From the NCBI RefSeq assembly GCF_006345805.1, contig NC_043007.1, positions 44,702,001 through 44,766,000 on the forward strand: a stretch of 64,000 nucleotides of DNA, written 5' to 3'. Positions 37,901 to 48,474 of the stretch are shown here, piece after piece; position 1 is the first letter of the stretch; the number at the start of each line of letters is the position of its first letter. Source of the stretch: Octopus sinensis. Its lineage: Eukaryota. A model generated the notes under the pieces. That model worked only from the letters and a program-made list of their open reading frames with translations, searched no databases and was not told where the DNA came from. A program made the position numbers and the translations under genes.

Positions 37901-38797
37901 ACTAAGTAACTTGCAAGGCAAAAATCTTTTGAGAGGGGAGGCGGCATTGGAGGAGGTGATTTTGTGTCAGAGGATGAAAGGTTATAGTGAGACAGAGAGA
38001 GATGGAAACAGATGTCTAGCTGTAGAGGACATACAAAGTTACCTGGTTGGAGAGAAAGAGAGAGAGAGAGAGAGAGGACAGAATGAGGACAGAAACAGGT
38101 GAGCTGCCATAAAGGAGATACATAATTGCCCAACATGAGGGAAGAACAGGAGGAGAGAGTGGGGAGAGAGAGAGAGAGCAAGAGAGACAGCAGGATAGGG
38201 TTGGTGGCAAAATGCTGGGCATACTCACAAGGGTGGGGGATCAGAATATAAATGGGATGTTTGAGTAAGAGAAAGACAGTGGCAAGTGCCAGGGCATACC
38301 CTTGAGGTTCAAAGGTCATAATATAAGTGGCAGGACATTGCCAAAGAAGCATGAGAGTGGGAAAGAGGAATGCAGTGAGTGGTGAAAACGTGGGTATATA
38401 GAGTGGGGTAGGGCTCTGTGTGTATGCATATGTGTGTGTGTGTGTATGTGTACATGTATATATATATATCTATATATGGCATACATAGGCACCTTCCCTT
38501 TCTCATACACCTTGCAAACTTATTAGTCTAAAGTTTTGTGCACAATGCATCTATATAATTGAAGTGGTTTACAGTTGCTGGATTGGGAATTTTATCAGTT
38601 ATTACGCCTTATTTTTTATGTCTCTGTCTACACCACATTGTAATGTATAATATGCTATGAATAAATTCAGATTAGTTTAGGAAGTGATAATGTGGCATAA
38701 TACTATATACTGGACAGATTGTAAATAACTGGCAGTTAATGTCATGGACCAGAATTTTCTTCTAATAACCCTTGTCTCACTAATATTTAGAGTTTAT

Positions 38798-39012
38798 GAA
38801 GGCAGCAAGCTGGAAGAATTGTTAGCATGCCAAACAAGATGCTTAACAGTATTTTGTCTGTCTTTATGTTCCGAGTTTAAACTCTGCTGAGGTCAGCTTT
38901 GCCTTTCATCCTTTCAGAGTTGATAAAAAGATTACCTGTTGAACACTGAAGTTGATTCAATTGACTTAGCCCCTCTCTGAAAATTGCTGGCTTTGTGCCA
39001 GAATTTGAGACC
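38798..39012 (+). mobile_element. SINE family C with 16-bp TSD
   Basis: AATATTTAGAGTTTAT at 38782-38797 and 39013-39028 flanks GGCAGCAAGCTGG...GCTGGCTTTGTGCCAGAATTTGAGACC. Confidence 0.85.
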
Positions 39013-39944
39013 AATATTTAGAGTTTATTTTGTTGAAACATTTGACCATGTTTCTCTAACAAGATTATTTTTATATTCTGATGTTAATAAAATGATTCCA
39101 ACACTAGCAAATTACAAACTGACCTCACAAGTGCTGCTGCCATGATAAAAAGCACTTAGTGCATGCTGTAAAGTGGTTGGCATTAAAAAATGCATCTAGC
39201 CATAGAAACCATGCCAAAACTGAGACACTGGAGCAAGATGCAGCTCTCCAACCCATTTTGATCCTGTCAAATCATCCAACCCATGCTGGCATAGAAGGCG
39301 GACATTAAATCATGATGATGAAAATGATAAACCCAAAATTTCAGCAGAAGTCACTTTTCCAACTACATCAATGTCCAGCGTCTTCAGTATTGGAGAGCCC
39401 AATATGTGTGTGTGTGTGTCTTTACATCTGTGATTGCTTGTACAGTATGGTGGGCAGTGTTGTTAAAAGTTCTCCTGTCAACAAATCATTCAGTCACTTC
39501 TTACTTTTGAAGCTTATTTATGGTTAATGACAGGAAGGGCACCTGTAAAAAAAAAAAAAAAAAGTAATGCCTCAAATGACATATTCATTCAACTCATTCA
39601 TGCAAGCATAGGAAAATGAATGTAAAATGAAAAACTGAAATACTTGGTTTTAAAAGACATCCTTGTGTTCTTATTTTTAGAACAATGTGGTGGTAGTGTG
39701 TGTGTTGGGGATGGTATTTAATAGATCTAGTGACTAAAGGACAACCTCTGGATGGCTTGCATTTCCTTAGTTAATTTGTGAAACTAACCAATCCTACAGT
39801 TCTTGTTAAGGATAATTCAAATGCTCCACATGGTTCTGGGTTCACTCCTGCTACGTGACACCTTGGGCGTGTGTCTCCTATTTCCTCGAACCAACCTTGT
39901 GAGTGGATTTGCTAGACAGAAACTGAAAGTAGCCCATTGTATAC

Positions 39945-39988
<44 letters not shown>

Positions 39989-40131
39989 TATATACACATA
40001 CATGTGTGTATATATATACATGTGTGTATATATATACATGTGTGTATATATATATATATATATATAGGATCGTTTGTAGAAATACATAAATCTGGAGGAG
40101 AAGCACACTCTAAGATGTAGAACAATTAATA

Positions 40132-40359
40132 TTATAGTGGGGTAGGCTGGTTTATGGGATTATCCTGGATTTCTCACTTATAGCCTTATAGCATACCTTC
40201 AGACCCCAAACACCCCTTAAAAACGAGGCTTTTCACCCTCCATATTTTAAAGAAGTCTGAAGCCAGCAGTGTTTGGGGTCTGAAGATATACCGTAAGGCT
40301 AAATACCTTATGAGCAAGAAACCCAAGGTAACTCTGTAAACCAACCTACCTCATTATAA
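40132..40359. mobile_element. Palindromic (foldback) MITE
   Basis: TTATAGTGGGGTAGGCTGGTTTA and CTTCAGACCCCAAACAC are mirrored by GTGTTTGGGGTCTGAAG and TAAACCAACCTACCTCATTATAA. Confidence 0.75.
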
Positions 40360-40415
40360 CACACACACACACATATTGTCAGCACACTCTAAGTTATAGA
40401 GCAGTAGAGTAATTA

Positions 40416-40584
40416 GATAAAGATAGTTGTGACTGGTCTATGGGGTTACCCTGGGTTTCATGTCCATAAAGCACATGGCTTTACAGCGTCTCTTCAGACC
40501 CTAATGGGGATGCTGTAAAACTAAGCACTTCATGGATGTGAAACCCTGGGTAACCCCCATAGACCGGCCATAACTAATTTTATC
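40416..40584. mobile_element. Second, related palindromic MITE
   Basis: GGTCTATGGGGTTACCCTGGGTTTCA is mirrored by TGAAACCCTGGGTAACCCCCATAGACC. Confidence 0.75.
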
Positions 40585-41494
40585 GAATATATATTATATA
40601 AACACATGTGTGAGTGCGTGCCTGTGTTCTCCACTCAACTGCCACTGCTTGGCAACTGGTACTGGTGTATTTATGTCCCCATAACTTAGCAGTCTGGCAA
40701 AAAAAGACCAATAGAATATGTACCAGACTTAAAAAAAAACAAAAGTACTGGGGTCAATTCATTCAAATAAAAGTGCTCTTCAAGGTGCTGCCACAGCATG
40801 GCCACAGTCTGATGATTTAAACAAGCAAAATATAAAAGATATGAGATTCTATCTTTTAGTTAACTGTTCTGCTAGCCATTGTTTGACCATACTGTATTGT
40901 TTGGGAAGAGTAGGCTTTAGTGTAATATACACCAAGCATCTAATTACATTCTGGTGTGAAACAAACAATCCTGAGCAATCAAGATTGTTCACCTAACAGT
41001 TTAGCAAAGGTATAATTAAACACTCAAGGAAACATGCTATGGTTAATTGACTTCTCCTTTCTCTTCCACTTGCTCTTCTTCTACCTCCCTTTCTTTTGTC
41101 TTGTTTTTGTTTCCATCTCTACTACCTTCACCCTCTTCTTCTTTTCCTTCCTTCCTTTCTTTCTTTCCTCCTGCAGTAGTTGCTTTTGCTCTCGCCCTCC
41201 TTTACTTATTTATTGTTGTTAACAAAAGTTGTTTTGTTAAGGCATTCATGTGATTTCCATGGTATTGCACAGCTTCACACTATCGTTAACACCACTATCA
41301 TTAATATCAGCACTGCTACCACCACTACCAAACCACCATAAGTAATATCACCACAACACTATGCAGCTACAATTATTGTCCTAACTACAACTTCTACTGC
41401 CACCACTACTCAGCTACTGCTTCCCCCTCTCTCTCTACACTACATTAATATATTTCAGTAACAATATTTGTCTGCTTTTGAGTCAATGACTCAC

Positions 41495-41636
41495 CTTCTT
41501 TTTCTTTTTAAACTTCTTCAATACAAATCCATTCGTTTTCAATTTCTCTGGATGAGAAACCTTTTCACAGATATTACTCAATGGGTCGTGTCCTTGCTGG
41601 GGAAACATCTTTAAGGCTTTTAGTTCATTATATAGA
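41495..41636 (-). CDS. Candidate exon (LYNELKALKMFPQQGHDPLSNICEKVSHPEKLKTNGFVLKKFKKKKK)
   Basis: Strong AAG|GTGAGT donor and 47 open codons ending in a Lys run. The acceptor (actgcAG) is weak. Confidence 0.35.
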
Positions 41637-41872
41637 CTGCAGTAATTATTTTTTCAACCCCTATCAAATGATGAAGTTTTTACCTATTTGGCATAAAGGG
41701 ATGTAACTTGTCACTCTGATTTACATAACTAAAAACACTAACATGCATAGACCAGTTGAATAAGTTATCAGGTGAAGATTAGTTGCAGTCAACGTTCATT
41801 TTATAATATGATATAATATAATACAACACTACAACACAAATATATATATATATATATATACATACACCACAC

Positions 41873-41929
<57 letters not shown>

Positions 41930-41940
<11 letters not shown>

Positions 41941-42790
41941 TTATGTGTCTGTGTTTGTCTCCCATAATCACTTGACAACTGATGCTGGCGTGTTTACGTC
42001 CACATAACTTAGTGGTTCGGTAAAAGTGTCCGATAGAATAAGTACTAGGCTTACAAAGAATAAATCCTGGGGTTGATTTGCTCAGCTAAAGGTGGTGCTC
42101 CAGCATGGCTGCAGTCAAATTACTCAAACAAGTAAAAGAATAAAAGAAAATAAAAGAATATATATACATATATATATACATATCATCATCATCATCGCCA
42201 TTTAATGTCCGTTTTCCATGCTGGCATGTATTGGATGGTTTGATGGGGGCTGGCTAGGCAGAAAAATGCATCAGGTTTCACTGTCTATTTTAGCAGTGTT
42301 TTTACGCCTGGATGCCCTTCCAAACATCACCCACCGTACATAGTAGACTGAATGCTTTTTACGTAGCACCAGCGGGGCCTGTTTTGGCATAGTTTTTACA
42401 GCTGAATACATATATCTTTTATTCTTTTACTTTGCTTCAGTCATTTGACTGTGGCCATGCTAGAGCACCGCCTTTTAGTTGAAGAAATCTACCCCAGGAC
42501 TTATTCTTTGTAAGCCTGGTCCTTATTCTAGCAGTCTCTTTGCCAAACTGCCAAGTTATGGCAACATCGGTTGTCAAGCAATAGTAGGGGGGACAAACAT
42601 AGACACAAAGACACTCACACACACATATATATATCACAGGCTTCTTTTCAGTTTCCGTCTACTAAATCCACTCACAAGGCTTTGGTCGGTCTGAGGCTAT
42701 AGTAGAAGACACTTACCCAAGGTGCCACACAGTGGGACTGAACCTGGAACCATGTGGTTAGGAAGCAAGCATTTTACCACATAGCCACAC
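41930..42790. mobile_element. Cluster: SINE A 3' half (+), RTE tail (-), full SINE A (-, 42410-42790)
   Basis: Family motifs as above, CpG-decayed. Confidence 0.75.
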
Positions 42791-43189
42791 CTATATGTAT
42801 ATATATATATAAAACATATATATATATATATATAAACATATATACTCATAGTTTTCATCTCTCTTTCTCATACACATAATAATCTGTCTTTGCCTCTCTA
42901 TCTCTCTCTCTGACATGCATAATCTGTTTCCCTATATCTCTCTCTCCCTTTCTTTCCCTTGCACACTTTCTCAGTCTCTCTTTTATTCTCCCTCCCTCTC
43001 ATAACTCTCTCATCCTATGATACACACTCTCTCCCTTACATACAGTCTCTCAACACTTTATCTCTCACACACTGTCTCTGTCACTTTCTTTCTCCCCACC
43101 CTGCCAATATACCTATATATCAGAATCTTGTCTCTCACTCATACATGTTGAATGCATGCACAAACACACACACACTGAGTGGTTAGTGA

Positions 43190-44300
43190 GAGCTGTACAA
43201 GCCATGTACCAGGGTGCTGTCTGAAAGGTGAAGATTGACAATGAATATAGCAATGAATTCAGTGTACAAGCAGGAGTTTACCAAAGATCAGTTCTCAGTT
43301 CCCTCTTTTTTTTTTATCTTAGTCTGCCAAGCCTTAACAGAGGAATTGAAGATCACCTGCCCCTGGGAGCTCCTTTATGCTGATGACCTTGTTCTTATAC
43401 CTGAATCATTACCTGACCTAGAGAAAAAATTTCAGGTGTGGAAGCAAGGCCTGAAATCTAAGGCCCTTAGATTTAATTTAGCTAAAACTGAAGTCCTAGT
43501 AAGTAGGAAAACTGACAAATCACAAGTCCCTTCAGGGAGATGGCCCTGCTCGATATGTAAGAAGGGTGTTGGTAGAAATTCCATATGCTGTACCCAGTGT
43601 AAGTTTTGGGCATGTAAGAGGTGCAGCACAAGAAGGCTAACAGAGAAAATAGTCTTTGTGTGTGGCAAATGTTTGGGTACAATAAGCACTAAAGATGTGC
43701 AGGCAGTAAACTTCCTCAGATGTTCAGGGTTGGGGGATCATTAGAAGTAGTAGATAGCTTCTGTTACCTAGGTGACTAAGTTTGCAGTGGAGGAGGAAGT
43801 TCTGAAAGTGTTTGGTCATGTGATGCATATGTATGAGGACAGCTGCTTAAAGAAGTGCTGAGCTCTAACTATGGAGGGCACCTGTGGAAGGGATTAATCC
43901 AGGAATGTGGATGAAGTGGTGAGAAAGGATCTTTGGATGCTGGGCCTCACTGAGGACATGACAAGGTACTGAGAATTGTGGCAATTTGCTGTATTTGAGA
44001 AGATACATCAGCTAAGTAAAATTGCTCTCATCCATACATACAGACTTGTCCTTTATAGGTGGTGGTGCTACATAAAATGCACTTGTGCTGGTGCAGTGCA
44101 AATGCACCTGTGCTGTTGGCATGTAAAAAGCACCCAACACACTCTGTAGAGTGGTTGACACTAGGAAGGACATCCACCTGTAGAAACCATTCCACATCAG
44201 ACAATTGGAATCTGGACACCTCCCCAGTTGGCCAGCTCCTGTCAAACCGTCCAACCCATGCCAGCATGTAAAACGGACGTTAACTGATATTGATGACATA
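43190..44300 (+). mobile_element. Older, deleted copy of the PHD-RTE family with tail
   Basis: ORF 43235..43744: CPWELLYADDLVL...WPCSICKKGVGRNSICCTQCKFWACKRCS...FVCGKC. Confidence 0.9.
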
Positions 44301-44306
44301 TGTATA

Positions 44307-44354
<48 letters not shown>

Positions 44355-44357
<3 letters not shown>

Positions 44358-44680
44358 AGCACCATCCGAGCATGATCGTTGCCAGAGCCACTGACTGGCT
44401 CCCATGCCAGTGACATGTAAAAAGCACCATTCGAGCGTGATCCGTTACCAGAGCTGCTGGATTGGCTCTTGTGCAGGTGGCACGTAAAAAACACAATTTG
44501 AGCATGACCGTTGCCAGTACTCCACTACACTCTTGGAGTGGTTGGTTTAGGAAGGGCATCCAGCTGTAGAAACTCTGCCAGATCAGATTGGAGCCTGGTG
44601 CAGTCATCTCGCTCGCCAGTCCTCAGTCAAACCGTCCCACCTATGCCAGCATGGAAAGTGGACGTTAAACGATGATGATA
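44355..44680 (+). mobile_element. RTE 3' UTR fragment with tandem modules
   Basis: AAAAAGCACCAT(C/T)CGAGC units, then GGAAGGGCATCCAGCTGTAG...GGACGTTAAACGATG. Confidence 0.8.
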
Positions 44681-45639
44681 TATATATATGCATTATGTAT
44701 ATGTATACATACACATTTATATACATTAATTGCTCAAGAGTTTTTTTAGTGTTGTATACTCCTTTAGTCTTTTACTTGTTTCACTCATTAGAATACGGCC
44801 ATGCAGAATTTTAGTTGAACGAATCGATTTCCAGTACTTACAATCTTTTTGTTGTTGTAAAGCCTAGCGTTTATCTGTCAGTCTTTTTTGCCGAACAGCT
44901 AAGTTATGAGGACATAAACACACCAACACCAGTGTGGTGGGGGACAAATACAGACACAAAGACACACATATATATGGAAAGCGGACGTTAAACGATGATG
45001 ATATATATATATGCATTATGTATATGTATACACACACATTTATATACATTAATTGTTCAAGAGCTTTTTTAGTGTATATATGTGTGTATATATATATATT
45101 ATTTGTGTGTGTGTATACACACACATACATACTCGAAGTTATAGTAGAAAACTCTTGCCCAAGGTGCTACATAGTGGGACTGAACCCGGGACGATGTGGT
45201 CGGGACGTAAACTTTTTATCACACAGCCGCACCCATATGTGACACAATTTTCAGTGAAACTCTGCTACATGTAGAATCTACTCGGTGAAATCTTTTTAGT
45301 TTCCATCTGTTCAGTTAGAGGTTGACTTGAAGCTAAAGAAAATGACATTTGCTCAAGATGTCACGCAGTGGAATCGAACTGGGGACTGTGTGACTGCGAA
45401 ACGAATTTCTTAAGCATTCAGCCATGCTGCATCTACAAACTGTTACAATAAAGACGAGAATAAATGAAAACATATTCCGCTCTATTGAAAGTGCTTATAT
45501 TTCTGATAATTAACTGATTTTACACACACATATAAATATAAATGAGAAAGTAAAATAATATATAGTTTTGGATGAATTTTGCCAATGACTACGCAACAGG
45601 TATCAGAGATTAGGAATAAATTACAGTGTTAGGTTTCAG

Positions 45640-45666
45640 GTATGAAGTTCTCCGTGATTTTTATTC
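45640..45666 (+). CDS. Candidate 27-nt exon (YEVLRDFY, phase 2/2)
   Basis: ggtttcAG acceptor and TC|GTAAGT donor. In frame with 46245-46283. Confidence 0.4.
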
Positions 45667-45828
45667 GTAAGTTATGTATGCGTATCCATTCACTTCAGTT
45701 GTCTAGAAAAAATATATACATATTTTGTAGCCACATTTATACGAATAATAAAATAAACAACATATTAAGGGCTCTAACTACAATTAAAAGGTGTTCACAT
45801 ATGTGTGTGTACCTGTGCATATGCGTGC

Positions 45829-45876
<48 letters not shown>

Positions 45877-46244
45877 CAGACCACGTACTTTATATTGAAA
45901 GAGAAAAATAAATTTGTTGACTTAAGGCTGCCATGTTTTGAAGTTTTTTAAACTATTAAAGGAGAAAGATCCTTCTAAAATTAATTTATTTAGCTACCCG
46001 CCCTACCACCTCTCTGTAATGCAAACGTGCCCTCCTCTTTCACCGTCCCAAACCATATCAGTGTTTTGTTGATTTATTTAATCTATAGGTTTCTGTAGAT
46101 GGACGTTTAAAGACTTTTATTTAATTTTCTTCGCTCTAGATAAATTTTATACGGAGATCAGATCGTGCTATAAGTTAATATCATAGTGGATGTGGAGTTA
46201 TACAGAGTGAAAACAAAAACTTTTTTTTTTCTATTTTCGTACAG

Positions 46245-46283
46245 GAAGTTACGCGTTGACGGCAGGGAACCTGCAAGTCTCGG
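46245..46283 (+). CDS. Candidate 39-nt exon (KLRVDGREPASL, phase 2/2); could instead be 5' UTR
   Basis: Very strong acceptor (T10-ctattttcgtacAG) and GG|GTATGT donor. Confidence 0.5.
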
Positions 46284-47089
46284 GTATGTTATTAATTGTC
46301 TCTGATAATCACTTTAATTTATGTATGTATAATCTACTGTAGATATATATCTGTCGATATACTGTTCTTCTTTAACAAATGACGATAGTTTTATATATTA
46401 CAAAAACTTTATAAAGTGACATACACACGCCCACACAAACAAGACATTTTTACGATATACTTTACGAGCTGACGAAATAGCAGCTAAATCACCTTCAAAC
46501 CACATCTATAATTTTAAATAAAAAGGGACACATGATATAATATAGTCCTAGATACCCCTAAATAGATGGAATGAACTTAGGCCTGTTAAATTTGTGTTAA
46601 CCGACGGCTAAACAACCAAAACTATATATTTTTTGTCATGAATGTAATGAGAAAATATTTTGTCTCTATCGGACAAAACATGTAGAAAATAATTATAAAT
46701 TATATAATATATTCGGTGATTTTATGTTACTTTAGTTTGATTTTTTCTCCTTTTTGTCATTAATTCTTCCCCCTTTTGTCCTTTTTTTAAATATATTTGT
46801 CGACTTTTATATTCATCGACTTTTGTTTTAATGTTTTCTTACCTGAAAAGTTTAAGTGACTAAACGCTTGATTAGTAGTAAAGTATGTGTGTATATAATC
46901 TGCTCTTTTATTCTTTTACTTTACTTGTTTGTTATTGGACTATGGCCATACTGGAGTACCTAGAAGAATATATTAATCGAATTGTACAGTATTATATATT
47001 GACAAATATACGAGTGCATATTTTTTTCTGATTTATGGATTCTTAGACGCATATATATATACTAGTGTATTCTGCATATTTAGTTCCAG

Positions 47090-47141
47090 TTTGAGATATT
47101 GAACACTATCGATGACAAAGATTATCCAGAAATATATGAGT
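47090..47141 (+). CDS. Candidate 52-nt exon (FEILNTIDDKDYPEIYE, phase 0 to 1)
   Basis: catatttagttccAG acceptor, T|GTATGT donor, protein-like open frame. Confidence 0.45.
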
Positions 47142-47174
47142 GTATGTGGGTATATGAGATGCTATGAGAATGTA

Positions 47175-47223
<49 letters not shown>

Positions 47224-47485
47224 TTTTACAAGTTTGCGATAGTGACTTCGAAGTTACGGCCTGCTCGCTTTCGTTGGACAGTCACCACTTTTGTAAAAGT
47301 GTAATAAATATCTATTCGACATAAAGAATTTCGACTCATCTTTCAGTTTAATGTAAAATTGTTTTTATTATAACTCGACATAAAGACTAACAATATATGT
47401 ATGTACACACAATGTGTGTGTTTGTGTTATGTTAATATAAAAACTTTAAACTTAAAGATTAATCGATACTTCTTAGTGGAATGCA

Positions 47486-48474
47486 TGTTTATTAAACTTT
47501 TTAAGGAAAAGATTGACAGTGATTTCGAAGTTTCAACTTGTCTTCGTCACATATTTATTGATATATGGATAACGTTAATATCACCTATAAAAAATAGGTT
47601 AATTATGTAGAGGTATAGTCATAGATCGTTACACACACGCACCTGTATATGTACGTGTATATGGATATACCAGTGTATGTGTTGCGGTAAAGATTTTTAT
47701 TTTCTTTTTGTTTACGTGTCTGTGAGAAAATCTTTCGCTCATTCCCAGGTAATCTTCTCTCACCAACCAACTTACAATGCTAATTATTATAATACTACCA
47801 GATCCAGTTTAATAATAATAGTCTCTATAGAATTTGATTTCTTTCATTTGTCGATTTTCGGTCATCGAGTTTATTCTGAAATTAGTATTGTCGACTTTGC
47901 CTTTTATCCTTTCGGTGGCGATAAAATAGGCACCAGTTGAGCACTGGGGTCGATGTAATCGACTTATCTCCTCCTCCGAACTTGCTGGCCTTGTGCCAAA
48001 ATTTGAATCTATTATCATTTTTATTATATTTGTTGTCATCTATCCTGGGTTGGCTTTGATCAAGCTACGATCAAAAGGCGCTTCAACCGTAGCCTCCCCG
48101 TCTTTTTGTTTCAAACAGCAAGTTTATCTAGGACTATTAACACTATTCAAAATGTGTCGTTCCTTTCTTAAGCTAGTAAGGTGTGAATTAAGGACGATTT
48201 AGCTGCTAATTCTAGCATGTTAATTAATCGCATTAGGACCTCTCCGTTTTCTGGTTTTAAAATTCATTATTCGTATCGTGGCTTCAAAAATAATGCGTAT
48301 TTGGAACTATTGACATCAACGTATGCTAATTAACACCTACTAATGAGGTTCTGGTTATTTGATTCCATAAGTTGCTATCCGGCTTATACACACACACACA
48401 CACACAGCGAAGGCAAGTAAGCCGGATCTTCGAAGTCACTGTCAACTTTTTTCTTTGTAAAAGTTTAATAAACA
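47486..48474. mobile_element. Region bounded by ~45-bp inverted repeats (probable MITE or DNA-transposon derivative), containing a family C SINE fragment
   Basis: TGTTTATTAAACTTTT...TTGACAGTGATTTCGAAG (47486-47530) and CTTCGAAGTCACTGTCAA...AAAAGTTTAATAAACA (48428-48474). Confidence 0.55.

Noticed and set aside
39505-39565. Minus-strand exon with a poly-T acceptor
   Set aside because: The GGAAGGGCA..CTGTAAAA segment belongs to the RTE-tailed repeat family.
46245-46283. Assigning RVDGRE to an exosome RNase PH subunit (RxDGR motif)
   Set aside because: Five residues are not enough, and the flanking predicted sequence does not continue as an RNase PH fold, so no gene symbol was given.
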